Below the pieces are notes generated by a model. The model worked only from the letters and a program-made list of their open reading frames with translations, ran no database searches and had not been told where the DNA came from. DNA of 35,771 nt from a virus (Duplodnaviria; Caudoviricetes), in the IMG/VR virus record IMGVR_UViG_3300019765_001106, positions 1 to 35,771 of that record; one strand, 5' to 3'. Positions 1 to 9,172 of the stretch are shown in pieces. A program made the translations under genes and the position numbers. Numbering within the stretch: position 1 is the stretch's first letter; each line of letters opens with the position of its first letter.

Positions 1-1104
1 TTAGTCGGGTTCGCTCGAACCGGCGGCGATGCGTCGGCCCTCTGGCGTGATCTGGGAACCGTCGCTGCAATGGAAGTTTTCGAAGCGCAGGATTTCGGCG
101 TCGAAGTGTCCGTTCACCCGCGACAACATGCGGCGCATGATGGGCGCGATTTCGATCTGAAAGAAGGTTTCGAGCGCTTCGCCAGGCTTGCCGAAGCCGC
201 CCGCGCCGGTCGGCACAATGCCGAGCAATTGCGGCGGGACGCGGTGAGCGGCCAGCATGTCTTGCGCGCTGATGTTTTTCACGCCGCTGAATTCGTCCTT
301 CGCCGCGACATCGGCGATCGGCAGGACTTGCACCCCGTCCTTTTTTCCGCCTGGCATGTAAAGGAACATATTGCTGAAATTGCCGACGCCCTTCGCCGAT
401 TTCATTTTTTCGGCGATCTTGCCCGCTGTTTCCTGGTCGGCGAACTGGTCGTTCACGTAAAGAATGAAACCGGCGTGAGCCCCGTTCAAATAATAGCGGC
501 GGCGGAAAAGGGTCGCGTTTTCGTTCAAGAGCCCCGATTGCAGCGCCGATAGCCATTCGGGGAGTCCGTAAATCTCCTGCGCAACGTCGGGCTGTTGCAG
601 GTGACAGATCGCGCCTTCGGCGAACTGATGTTCCTTGTGATAGCCGAGCCCCGACCCGACGAAGAAATAGCCGCCGCCATCGGTGGGCGCGCGAACGTGG
701 CGCGCGCTCGCATGGCGCGCCCGCGCCAGCCCGCCGCGCATGTTCGGAACGTCTTCAAGGTAAGCGTTGCCCATTTGCAGGAAGTCGAGCGCGAAGCGTT
801 CGAAGTCGTCGGCGCCCAGCTGGTCGGTTTCGACCTGAAGGCCGGTTAGAAGGTTGATCTTCAGCGCAACCGCGCTGCGATGATGCGGGGCCATATTGAA
901 CGCCTGGCAAAGCTTGTCCATCGGCAACGGCGGTTCGAACCAGCGGCCATTGTGCCAGATTTCGAAATACGCGGCCAATTCGCGCCGGTCGATCACGCTT
1001 TCGGCATCGCCGAAGCTGAAGGCCATCGCCTCGCCCCCGCTGGTCATGGCGTTCGCGGCGGGCTGGTCGGTCAGCTGCAGCTGGGCGTCGGTTTCTTGTG
1101 TCAT
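1..1104 (-). CDS. gpQ: Phage portal protein (P2 gpQ / PBSX family)
   Basis: Motifs AFSFGD, WFEPP, QEIYGLPEW, ATLFRRRYY.NGAHAGFI and AAHRVPPQLLG. Start moved to ATG 1104 (MTQETD), which has an AAGGA RBS. Confidence 0.95.
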   Translation of the reverse strand: MTQETDAQLQLTDQPAANAMTSGGEAMAFSFGDAESVIDRRELAAYFEIWHNGRWFEPPLPMDKLCQAFNMAPHHRSAVALKINLLTGLQVETDQLGADDFERFALDFLQMGNAYLEDVPNMRGGLARARHASARHVRAPTDGGGYFFVGSGLGYHKEHQFAEGAICHLQQPDVAQEIYGLPEWLSALQSGLLNENATLFRRRYYLNGAHAGFILYVNDQFADQETAGKIAEKMKSAKGVGNFSNMFLYMPGGKKDGVQVLPIADVAAKDEFSGVKNISAQDMLAAHRVPPQLLGIVPTGAGGFGKPGEALETFFQIEIAPIMRRMLSRVNGHFDAEILRFENFHCSDGSQITPEGRRIAAGSSEPD

Positions 1105-1135
1105 GGTCTGGGCTTCCTTGTGCAAAGGCGAAAAT

Positions 1136-3016
1136 TCAATCGGAGAAAACGGCGAACCCGCCCCCGCCGCCAGCGTCGGCAACGTCAAGGGGCTCGTTCG
1201 AAAAGGCGTGTAGGATGGCGAAGGCGATGTCGGCATGTCCGATCTGCCCATTTCGTCGCGCCTGATAGGTGACTTGTTTCCCGCTGGCGGTCATTTGCGG
1301 GCGGATAGCGAGGAACGCTTGCGCGACATCTGTCCATCCCTGGTCGAATTCGACGCGGCCCGCGCGGAAAAGCGATTGCCCCTTCAGGACAAGCGCGGTC
1401 TTCACCGCGACCGTGTATTCGATCGCGCGCACCATCGGGAACCACTTTTTCACCAATTCGAAAACGGCTCGACCGTGGCCGGTTGTGTCGATCGCGATGT
1501 CGGTCACATTGTAGCGATCGGCGACCGACTTGATGAAATCGGCCTGTCCCTGGAAGTCGAGATCATTAAGCCGGCATTTCTGCAGAACCCGCAACTTTCC
1601 GACGCCTGGCTGATCTGGCGGGGCTATCACCGCAAGCGCCGCGTCGTCGCGGCCCTGCTTGTTTGGGTCGTATCCTATCCAAACGGGTTTATCGCCGAAG
1701 GGGCGACCGCCAGGAACGCCGAGCAATGCGGGGCTGAAATCGCGCCACTTGAAAAAGCTGTCGACCCGCGCGGGCGCGATACGCGCCCAAGGGAAGGAAC
1801 TGGCCGCGTCGTCGACGAACTCGCAGTCGTAAAGATTGCGGAATTCGTCTTCGCTCGATTCCTCGCGCAATTCGTCGATGTCGACCAGATCGCCAAGCCC
1901 GCCTTCGATCGCGTCGGCCAATGTGACCACCTGACACCAGGAGCCATCGGGCATGATCGCGCCACCCGCAAGCGCCTTATGGCTGCAATCGAATTCGCGC
2001 TGTTTATTCTTGGGCTTGCCCTGGTTCCATTCCTCGCCCGACCAGAAGGCGAAAGCCTCGTGCGTTTTCGTCGATGGCGTCGAAAAATAGGTCCGCTTGT
2101 AAATCTTGTGCGTCGCCATCGCGGCGGCGACTTTGCGCAGCGTCGCGAACCCGACCGTCCAGAAGAATTCGTCAAAATAGAAGTCGCCGCTTTCGCCTTG
2201 GGCCGTGTTGGAATTCGTCGAAATCGGATAGAGGCCGACCATGTCGAGCGCGAGCGGTTCGCCCGCGTCATCGGTCAGCCCGCCGAAGTCGATCATCATC
2301 GGGTCGCCGACCAGGTCGACATCGCAAACCCGTTTAACCCAGCTGACAATCTCGCGCTTGAACTTCATCGCCTGGCGTTTCGACGCGGACAAGAAGATCT
2401 GATTTCGCGGCTGTTCACCGGCAAGCACCGCTTCGGCGATCTTGCAAAGCCCTTCGCGCGCGAAATACCAGGTCGCGCCGATCTGGCGCGATTTAAGAAT
2501 TTTGCGGGTCCGCTGGTCGCGCTGTTCCCACCAGGCGGATTGATAGGCGAAGTTTTTTTCGTGGAAGTCGTCAAGCAACGCTTGCCACTGGTCGCGGGTC
2601 AGGAAGTTGCGGCGCTTGTCTTCGCGCTTGGCGACCGCCGCGTCGTCGTTTCGCTTCGCGATCTTGGGGTTTAGGTCGCCTTCCTTGCCGGTCACTTCAT
2701 AGCGGGCGATGCGGGCCGATCGCTCCATTTGCCGCATCAAGAAGTCGACCCGCTTCATATGCCCTTCATTGAAATCGTCGCGGTCGAGATAGTTGGCGAT
2801 CTTTACTTCGATGCGGTCTTCGATGATCTGGCGCGGCGGCGCGCTGTCCCAATCGTCGCGGTTTTTCCAACTGGCGAGCGTCGGATATTTGACGCCCAAT
2901 TCGTCGGCAATTTCCTTCAGCCCCCACCCGCGCCAATACAGCGAGCGCGCTTCGCGCTTTTGATAGCTGGCGACAAGGCGGTCGGTTCCATCGGTCGGGC
3001 TGGCGGGTAAGTGCAT
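1136..3016 (-). CDS. gpP: Terminase ATPase subunit (P2 gpP)
   Basis: N-terminal HTH (ARSLYWRGW...WK.RDDW), ILKSRQIGATWYFARE Walker A region, YFDEFFW Walker B, VWIGYDP nuclease motif and GHADIAFA. Confidence 0.95.
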   Translation of the reverse strand: MHLPASPTDGTDRLVASYQKREARSLYWRGWGLKEIADELGVKYPTLASWKNRDDWDSAPPRQIIEDRIEVKIANYLDRDDFNEGHMKRVDFLMRQMERSARIARYEVTGKEGDLNPKIAKRNDDAAVAKREDKRRNFLTRDQWQALLDDFHEKNFAYQSAWWEQRDQRTRKILKSRQIGATWYFAREGLCKIAEAVLAGEQPRNQIFLSASKRQAMKFKREIVSWVKRVCDVDLVGDPMMIDFGGLTDDAGEPLALDMVGLYPISTNSNTAQGESGDFYFDEFFWTVGFATLRKVAAAMATHKIYKRTYFSTPSTKTHEAFAFWSGEEWNQGKPKNKQREFDCSHKALAGGAIMPDGSWCQVVTLADAIEGGLGDLVDIDELREESSEDEFRNLYDCEFVDDAASSFPWARIAPARVDSFFKWRDFSPALLGVPGGRPFGDKPVWIGYDPNKQGRDDAALAVIAPPDQPGVGKLRVLQKCRLNDLDFQGQADFIKSVADRYNVTDIAIDTTGHGRAVFELVKKWFPMVRAIEYTVAVKTALVLKGQSLFRAGRVEFDQGWTDVAQAFLAIRPQMTASGKQVTYQARRNGQIGHADIAFAILHAFSNEPLDVADAGGGGGFAVFSD

Positions 3017-3020
3017 CGCG

Positions 3021-3755
3021 CTAGGCTTCGCCCGCCAGGTCGAAGGCGGTCTGTTCGATCGCGGCGGGCTTTGCGGGCGCGATGAAAAGGTCGGCCTGGG
3101 CTTGCGCGTCTTCGATGCGCTTGCAAGCTATGTCGAAATAATCGGGTTCGCGCTCGATACCGATGAATTGCCGCCCGTCGCGCATGGCGGCGACGCCGGT
3201 CGACCCGCTTCCCATGAAAGGGTCAAGGATGGTTTCGGCCTTGGGGATTTGCTGCAGCGTCCAGCGCATCAAGCCGACCGGCTTTTGCGAAGGGTGCGCC
3301 TTTTCCATTTTCGAATAGGCTTCAACCTGCGACATACGCCACCGGCGCGCGTTTCGGTCCATGTTTGTCCAGGCAAGCTCAAAGTGCGCGGTCGAATACC
3401 ACGCATCAGGCTGACACTTATCCCATGCAAACCAGCCCCGCGTCGGCGGTAATGTGTAATAATTGCCACCCCAAACGATTGCCACTTCTCCAGCGGCGAT
3501 CGCCATGTCGACAGCTTCCTGGCAGATCTCGACATCCCAATCCTGCGCGCCCCAATCGCGCGACTTTGACCCGCCGCATTTTTGCTTGCCAGTTTTGAGC
3601 CCATAAGGCGGGTCAGTCACCACCGCGTCGACCTTGTCGAGCGTCGGCAAAATCTCGCGGCAATCGCCGCAATAAAGGGTCGCGGCGCCGATCTGTTCAA
3701 CGCGAATTTCTGGGTTTAGGGCTTTGCGGGGCATCGGGTTCCTTTCGAATTGCAT
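3021..3755 (-). CDS. Beta-class DNA amino-methyltransferase (probably N6-adenine)
   Basis: TDPPY motif IV precedes HPSQKP and DPFMGSGSTG motif I. Start is ATG 3755 (leaderless) or ATG 3734 (AAAGGAA RBS). Confidence 0.9.
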   Translation of the reverse strand: MQFERNPMPRKALNPEIRVEQIGAATLYCGDCREILPTLDKVDAVVTDPPYGLKTGKQKCGGSKSRDWGAQDWDVEICQEAVDMAIAAGEVAIVWGGNYYTLPPTRGWFAWDKCQPDAWYSTAHFELAWTNMDRNARRWRMSQVEAYSKMEKAHPSQKPVGLMRWTLQQIPKAETILDPFMGSGSTGVAAMRDGRQFIGIEREPDYFDIACKRIEDAQAQADLFIAPAKPAAIEQTAFDLAGEA

Positions 3756-3804
3756 GGCTTCAGCCATGCACCCCGCGCCCCCCTTGCGGTCTATTGCCCC
3801 TAGC

Positions 3805-3823
3805 GGTGAAAGCGCGATTGACC
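3805..3823. promoter_or_regulatory. Putative late-activator (Ogr-like) site for the divergent MTase-P-Q and O-N operons
   Basis: GGTGAAAGCGCGATTGACC; its reverse complement GGTCAATCGCGCTTTCACC matches the copies at 9107 and 16896. Confidence 0.65.
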
Positions 3824-3908
3824 CGCGCGCGGCGTTGCAAGCGCGGGGCATTTTCGCGCCTTAGTGGACACACACAAATTCACCGACCCGCCCAGGAGCG
3901 ACCCCGAC

Positions 3909-4769
3909 ATGAAAACCAAACCCTTCCTTCTCGCGACCGCCGGTTCGACTGTCGACGGGCGCGAAATTAACGCCGAAATGCTGCAGCAAATGGCCGAAGG
4001 CTATGACCCGAAGACATACGGCGCGCGGCTCAATTTGGAGCACATTCGCGGCATGTCGGGCGATCGACCTTTCCGCGCGTTTGGCGATGTCCTCGAACTC
4101 TCCACCGCCGAAGTCGATGTCAACTTCCACGGCCAAACCGAAAAACGCCTGGGCCTCTATGGCGTCCTCGACATCACCGACGACGCGAAGGCTTTGAATG
4201 ATGCGGGTCAAAAGGTTTACCCGTCGATCGAAATCGAACCCAATTTCGCGGGCAAGGGCAAAGCCTATTTGATGGGCGTCGCGCTGACCGACAGCCCCGC
4301 ATCGATCGCGACCGAACGGATGGCGTTCAACCGTTCGCTTCCTGGCACGATTACACTGGGGGCGGACAAGCCCGAACAGGCGTTCGCGATCGAATTCGCC
4401 GCCGCAACCGGCGCGCCTTCCGATGCGACCGAAGGGTTCCTGTCGAAGCTGGGCGATATGCTTGAAAACGCTTTCGGCAAGAAAGAGCCCGCGCCCGCCG
4501 CCCCGAAACCAGGGACCGGCGCCGCCGCCGCCGAGACGGTCGAACAGCAATTCAGCGCCGACGCGCTTCGCCCGCTGTTCGAAGGTCTGGGCCAGCAATT
4601 CGCCGACCAGATCGGCGCGCTGCAATCCCAGATCGCCGATGACCGCGACCAGATCGACCTTCGCTTCAAGGCGATCGAAACCGCGCAAGCCAAGACACCG
4701 GCGCAAGGTTACACCGCCCGCCCCGCCGCCGCTGGTGCGAACGGCTCGACGGTCAAAACCGACTGTTAA
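3909..4769 (+). CDS. gpO: Capsid scaffolding/protease protein (P2 gpO)
   Basis: G.TVDGREI, YDPKTYGARLNLEH, QKVYPSIEI.PNFA..GKAYLMG.ALTDSPAS. CAGGAG RBS upstream of ATG 3909. Confidence 0.95.
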   Translation: MKTKPFLLATAGSTVDGREINAEMLQQMAEGYDPKTYGARLNLEHIRGMSGDRPFRAFGDVLELSTAEVDVNFHGQTEKRLGLYGVLDITDDAKALNDAGQKVYPSIEIEPNFAGKGKAYLMGVALTDSPASIATERMAFNRSLPGTITLGADKPEQAFAIEFAAATGAPSDATEGFLSKLGDMLENAFGKKEPAPAAPKPGTGAAAAETVEQQFSADALRPLFEGLGQQFADQIGALQSQIADDRDQIDLRFKAIETAQAKTPAQGYTARPAAAGANGSTVKTDC

Positions 4770-4836
4770 CCCGCCCGACCATCAACCCTAACCACCCCAA
4801 GGCCCCGCAAAAGCTTTCGCTTAAGGAACCGACCCG

Positions 4837-5976
4837 ATGAAAATCCAAACCCGCTTGATGTTCGCGGCCTACGTCTCGCAGATCGCGCTTTTGAACTCTA
4901 TCCCCGACCAGCTGGTCGCCGACCCGTCGAAGGGCCTTTCGACCTTCAGCGTCGCGCCCAATGTCGAGCAAAAGCTTGAAGACCGGATTCGCAATTCGAG
5001 CGAATTCCTGCAAATGGTCAACGTCATCACCGTCGCCGAACAGGAAGCGGCGGTTCTGGGCGTCGGCGTTGCATCGTCGATGGCGGGCCGCACCGATACC
5101 AGCGGCGGAACGCGGCGCGAGCCCGCGAACCAGGGCGCGGCGACCGAAAAGCACCGTTACCTCTGCCGAAAGACCAATTACGATTGGTCGCGCCGCTATG
5201 CGCAGATCGACGCCTGGGCACACCGCGACGAATTCGAACAACTTATTCGCGACGACATCATCGCGCAGCAAGCGCTTGACCGCATTATGATCGGCTTCAA
5301 CGGGACCAGCGCAGCGGCGACCACCGATCGCGACGCAAACCCGCTTTTGCAGGATGTCAACGAAGGCTGGCTGCACAAAATCCGCACCGATGCGCCTGGG
5401 CAAGTCATGGACGATGGCGCGCTGACCGTTCACAGCGATGGAAGCGACGACGACGAAACCAAGGCGATTTACGTTAAGGCGGGCGTCGATCTGTATGACG
5501 CATCGCTTGAAAACGAAGCGAGCGCGGGCGCCGACTATTCGAGCCTCGACGCGCTGGTTCTCGATGCGAAGCGCGGCATTCACGAGCGCCATCGCGGCGA
5601 CACCGACCTTGTCGTCATCGTCGGCCATGATTTGCTTGACGATAAGTATTTCAACATCGCGCAAAAGACCGGCGACACCGCGACCGAACAGGAAGCGACC
5701 GACCGCATCCTTGCGTCGACGAAAATGATCGGCGGGCTGCAAGCTTACCGTGTGAGCGGCTTCCCTGCGAACGCCATCCTTATCACGAAGCTGTCGAACC
5801 TTTCGATCTACGTCCAGGAAGGCACTCGCCGTCGCAACATGAAAGACGAACCCGAATTCGATCGCATCGCGAACTATGAATCGGTGAACGAAGCTTTCGT
5901 CGTCGAAGAATACGTCCTGGCGGTTCTGGTCGAAAATATCGTCATCGGCGCCGCGCCTGACCGGCCCGCGCCCTAA
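4837..5976 (+). CDS. gpN: Major capsid protein (P2 gpN)
   Basis: FSV.P.VEQKLE..I..SSEFL, Y.C.KTNYD, QALDRIMIGFNG, NPLLQDVN.GWL and NYESVNEAFVVE. Confidence 0.96.
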   Translation: MKIQTRLMFAAYVSQIALLNSIPDQLVADPSKGLSTFSVAPNVEQKLEDRIRNSSEFLQMVNVITVAEQEAAVLGVGVASSMAGRTDTSGGTRREPANQGAATEKHRYLCRKTNYDWSRRYAQIDAWAHRDEFEQLIRDDIIAQQALDRIMIGFNGTSAAATTDRDANPLLQDVNEGWLHKIRTDAPGQVMDDGALTVHSDGSDDDETKAIYVKAGVDLYDASLENEASAGADYSSLDALVLDAKRGIHERHRGDTDLVVIVGHDLLDDKYFNIAQKTGDTATEQEATDRILASTKMIGGLQAYRVSGFPANAILITKLSNLSIYVQEGTRRRNMKDEPEFDRIANYESVNEAFVVEEYVLAVLVENIVIGAAPDRPAP

Positions 5977-5987
5977 TCCTGACACCC

Positions 5988-6063
5988 CGCCAGCGGCCCG
6001 AACCGCTGGCGATATGGGCGGCATGTCTCCCCTGGTCCCCCCATTGGACATGCCGCCCCTTTT
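5988..6063 (+). terminator. Twin hairpins after the capsid gene; the second is followed by CTTTT
   Basis: CGCCAGCGG/CCGCTGGCG (5988-6011) and GGGCGGCATGTC/GACATGCCGCCC (6016-6058). Confidence 0.6.
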
Positions 6064-6106
6064 CCAAGCCCCCGCCCTTTCCGCCTGACCATTGGAGCCC
6101 CCGCAC

Positions 6107-6895
6107 ATGATGAACAGCCCCTTCCTTCGCAACCGCCGCCGCAAGCTTGCCGCTGCAGCTGGCGAAGCCGCGAAGATCGGAACCGCGCAGCCGCGCGATG
6201 AAAAGACCCAGGCGGGTCAGGAATATGCGAGCCTAAAGGTTCGCCTTGACGAGTATTTGCGCCAGCTGGCCGACACCGCCAGCCACGAAGCGCGGGTTCC
6301 CATGAAGGCAAAATTCCTCGCCGACTTCGCGCAATGGGTCGATGGCGTGATCGAAGCCGATGCGCCGGTCGAAGACGACATCGTGATGACCAGCCTTGTC
6401 TGGGCGATCGACACCGGCGACTTTCACCGCGCGGTCGAAATCGGGCGCTTTGCGCTTCGCCACGGGCTGAAAATGCCCGAACGATACAATCGCAGCGTTG
6501 CCACCTTCCTTCGCGAAGACATCGCCGAAATCGAGATCGCCGATGCGGGCACGGTCGACCTTCAAACGCTGGTCGAAATCGACGCGCTGACACAAGGCGC
6601 GGATATGCCCGACCCTGCGAAGGCGAAGCTGCACAAGGCGCTAGGCCGCGCATGGCGCACGAAATCGGAAAACGCCGAACCGACCGACGACAGCGCGCCC
6701 GCTGGCGGGAAAGCGGCTTTCGTCGCCGAAGCGCTCGCGCAGCTGCGCCGCGCGCTCGCGCTCGACAAAAAGGCCGGCGTCAAAAAAGACATCGAACGCC
6801 TGGAAAAGGTCGAACGCGATCTGAGGGCCGAAGGCGAAGCCGCAAGCGAAGGCGAAGGCGACGAACAGAATTCAGCTGGCGGCGACGCCAGTTAA
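6107..6895 (+). CDS. gpM: Terminase endonuclease subunit (P2 gpM)
   Basis: W.ID.GD...A..I...AL.HGL.MP, DMPD..KAKLHKA.G and AL.LD..AGVKKDIE.L; located after N. Confidence 0.93.
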   Translation: MMNSPFLRNRRRKLAAAAGEAAKIGTAQPRDEKTQAGQEYASLKVRLDEYLRQLADTASHEARVPMKAKFLADFAQWVDGVIEADAPVEDDIVMTSLVWAIDTGDFHRAVEIGRFALRHGLKMPERYNRSVATFLREDIAEIEIADAGTVDLQTLVEIDALTQGADMPDPAKAKLHKALGRAWRTKSENAEPTDDSAPAGGKAAFVAEALAQLRRALALDKKAGVKKDIERLEKVERDLRAEGEAASEGEGDEQNSAGGDAS

Positions 6896-7030
6896 ACGCA
6901 ACGCCCCACGGCGCTGGGGGGCGATCGGGAGATCGGAGCGGCCAAGCGCCCGAACCGTTTTTCCCGTTCTCACCCCCCACTTGAACCACCCCCGCCGCCG
7001 CGCGGGCCGCAATTGCAGGAAACCGGCAAA

Positions 7031-7531
7031 ATGGCAGGACTGACAGCGCCGCCCGACAATTCCGCGCAAAGCGCAGGGCAGACAATCGCCGCCGATGGCT
7101 GGTTCCCGCCGGTCGACACCGCCAAACTGGCCGCGCGGGTTCGCATCGGGGAAGGCGTCGTCACGCTTGACCGCCAGGTCGACGCGATCACCGGCGCCAT
7201 CCTGTCGGGGCTTCGCGAAATGTCGGCATGGCGCAGCGCCCACGCGGGCGCAGGGATTGCCGACCTTGAAGGCGTCACCGAAGACGAAGTCGCGGGGCAA
7301 AACGTCGCGGTTCTGCTTTGGGAGCGCATCGTCATTTTCTTCGCCGCCGCCGATCTGATCGACAGTCATGTCGATGTGAGCGCGACCGACGACGCCCTTG
7401 ATCGCCACGAGGAAAAGCGCGACAGCGCCGCCGATTATCGCCGCCGCGCCTATGCGGCGGTCGCCGACCTGCGCGCGATCGGCGCGCATTCGGCGGGCGA
7501 TCATGGCCGAAACCGTGTGGAATTGCTCTGA
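7031..7531 (+). CDS. gpL: Head completion/stabilization protein (P2 gpL)
   Basis: I..DGWFP.VD N-terminus and A.ADL.....R.RVELL C-terminus; synteny after M. Confidence 0.88.
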   Translation: MAGLTAPPDNSAQSAGQTIAADGWFPPVDTAKLAARVRIGEGVVTLDRQVDAITGAILSGLREMSAWRSAHAGAGIADLEGVTEDEVAGQNVAVLLWERIVIFFAAADLIDSHVDVSATDDALDRHEEKRDSAADYRRRAYAAVADLRAIGAHSAGDHGRNRVELL

Positions 7532-7728
7532 TGATGGCGCGCGCAGGGGCTTGGGCTATTTATGTGGCGAAAGCGCCCTTCGCGCTTTTGCTTTTGGCAA
7601 TATATCTTTTCATTGGCCTGATTTGTGCGCTCGCCTTTGGCATCGTTTCGGCCTTCGAATTCTCGGTCGACAAAGTCGCGCCCTTCACTACGAAGGCGCT
7701 TCGCCATTTTTGGAAGTTGCGACCATGA
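7531..7728 (+). CDS. Small membrane protein, hypothetical
   Basis: 65 aa with a long hydrophobic stretch; start overlaps the L stop and stop overlaps the X start. Confidence 0.6.
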   Translation: MMARAGAWAIYVAKAPFALLLLAIYLFIGLICALAFGIVSAFEFSVDKVAPFTTKALRHFWKLRP

Positions 7729-7940
7729 TCGCCACCGCCCGCGATGGTGAGACGGTCGACGCGATCGCCTGGCGCGCGCTGGGCACGACTGCGACCGTGA
7801 CCGAACAGATCTTCGATGCGAACCCAGGGCTGGCCGCGCTTGGCCCGTTTTTGCCTGGCGGGACGCGGGTCGACCTTTCTGCAGCGCTTGCCCTTCCCGA
7901 TGCGGCGGGCGAGCGCGAAACCGTCAAGCTTTGGGATTGA
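7725..7940 (+). CDS. gpX: Tail protein X (LysM-like, P2 gpX)
   Basis: A.DGETVDAIAWR.LG...VTE..FDANPGLA.LGP.LP.GT.V and ETVKLWD C-terminus. Confidence 0.92.
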   Translation: MIATARDGETVDAIAWRALGTTATVTEQIFDANPGLAALGPFLPGGTRVDLSAALALPDAAGERETVKLWD

Positions 7941-7942
7941 AA

Positions 7943-8107
7943 ATGGTCGAAGTCATGGTCGCCGCCCTTGTCCTAATCCTCGCCGCTTTTCTGGCGATGA
8001 AAAGCGACAGCTACGCGCTGCAGGATGCGGGCTTGACGATGTTCGCCGCTGGGATGCTTGTCATCGCGGGTTCGCCTTTTCTCGCAATATTGTTGGGGCT
8101 TGATTGA
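7943..8107 (+). CDS. 54-aa two-TM membrane protein (not in the ORF track)
   Basis: Hand translation: MVEVMVAALVLILAAFLAMKSDSYALQDAGLTMFAAGMLVIAGSPFLAILLGLD. It fills the X-R gap exactly. Confidence 0.65.
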   Translation: MVEVMVAALVLILAAFLAMKSDSYALQDAGLTMFAAGMLVIAGSPFLAILLGLD

Positions 8108-8108
8108 C

Positions 8109-8594
8109 ATGAGGAAACCGAAACGCCTTCGCGAAACGATGATGTCGCGGCTTCCCGAACTCGCGAACGAACCCGACCGCCTTGTCATTTGGGTCGAACA
8201 GGGCGCCATCAAGGCGCGCCAAACCGAAAGCCACAGCTTCAGCTTTTCCTATACGCTTTCAATCCTGCTGGTCGAAGTGTCGACCGATGTCGCCATCATC
8301 GCCCACGCGATCAACCGCTGGCTGCGCATCGAACAGCCTGACCTTTTGACCGGCGGGTCGGGCGATTCCTACGCTTTCGAAGCCGACATCCTCGACAATG
8401 GCGCTTCGGATGTGTCGATCACGCTCGCGCTAAGCGAAGAAGTCGCGATCGCCGAAAACGAGGATGGCAGCTGGTCGGTCGACTATCAGGCGGAACCCGA
8501 CCCGCTTTTCCCCGATCGCGAGCCGGTCGGCGACAATGAAGACACCCCGCCACTTGCCGCCGCGACCAGCGTCGAAGACATCGTCGCCGACTGA
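8109..8594 (+). CDS. gpR: Tail completion protein (P2 gpR)
   Basis: MRKP..LR..., L...PDRL.IWVE.G.I, W.R..QPDL, FEADILD and L.LSE.V. Confidence 0.9.
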   Translation: MRKPKRLRETMMSRLPELANEPDRLVIWVEQGAIKARQTESHSFSFSYTLSILLVEVSTDVAIIAHAINRWLRIEQPDLLTGGSGDSYAFEADILDNGASDVSITLALSEEVAIAENEDGSWSVDYQAEPDPLFPDREPVGDNEDTPPLAAATSVEDIVAD

Positions 8595-9082
8595 TGGCGG
8601 GCGATTATGACAGCGACGCGCTGACCGGCCTTGACCCCTGGCTTGCGGACATCATGCGCGGCCTTTCGCCCGCCAAGCGCCGCCGCATGGCGACGAAGCT
8701 GGGCCAGGCGCTTCGCCGGTCGAACCTTGAACGCATCAAGGACAATGTCGAACCCGATGGCGGCAAAATGGAAGATCGAAAGCCGCGCCTCGACAAGCGC
8801 GGTCGCCTTCGCAAGAAAGCGGGCGGCAAAATGTTTCGCAAGCTGCGCTATGCGAAGCGCTGGCGCATCAAGGCGCGCGCCGATAGCGTCGAACTCGCGC
8901 CGAAAGGCAATTCGCAAATTCCAGCCATTCACCATTTCGGGAAGAAGGCGCTTGTCGGTCGCGGCCCCGATGGCGAAAAGATATTCTATCGCTACCCGCG
9001 CCGCCGCCTCCTGGGCTTTGGCGATGGCGACGAAGACCTGGCGGTCGAAATCGCCGCGCAGCTGATCGACCAGGAAAGCTAG
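8594..9082 (+). CDS. gpS: Virion morphogenesis protein (P2 gpS)
   Basis: LSP..RR.....LRRS...RI....PDG, MFRKLR, IHHFG and YP.RRLLGF. Confidence 0.92.
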   Translation: MAGDYDSDALTGLDPWLADIMRGLSPAKRRRMATKLGQALRRSNLERIKDNVEPDGGKMEDRKPRLDKRGRLRKKAGGKMFRKLRYAKRWRIKARADSVELAPKGNSQIPAIHHFGKKALVGRGPDGEKIFYRYPRRRLLGFGDGDEDLAVEIAAQLIDQES

Positions 9083-9106
9083 GCGGCAAAGGCCATAAGG
9101 GCGCGC

Positions 9107-9172
9107 GGTCAAAGCGCCTTTCACCGCCCGACCCACTACGCGCGCGCGCGGCTTTGCGGCATCGCTTGGGGC
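9107..9172 (+). promoter_or_regulatory. Putative late promoter upstream of J
   Basis: GGTCAAAGCGCCTTTCACC centred 57 bp before the ATG; GCATCGCT ends 6 nt before ATG 9173. Confidence 0.65.

Noticed and set aside
1-60. cos site or left att site
   Set aside because: The window begins at the portal stop codon, so any cos or left att lies outside and cannot be assessed.
1105-1251. Extended N-termini in the ORF track (portal 1251; also MTase 3851, X 7398, V 16110, E 18984, primase 25389)
   Set aside because: They overlap neighbouring genes or promoters. The downstream starts have an RBS or stop-start coupling and fit family N-termini.
1235-6144. Long antisense ORFs (1235-2674 +, 3861-4706 -, 4753-6144 -; likewise 17372-18610 - and 20120-21193 -)
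   Set aside because: These are shadow frames opposite well-supported phage genes in high-GC DNA and show no recognisable motifs.
6415-6440. TTTCACCG inside gpM as a fourth late-promoter site
   Set aside because: It lacks the GGTCAA half-site at the right spacing and lies mid-CDS.
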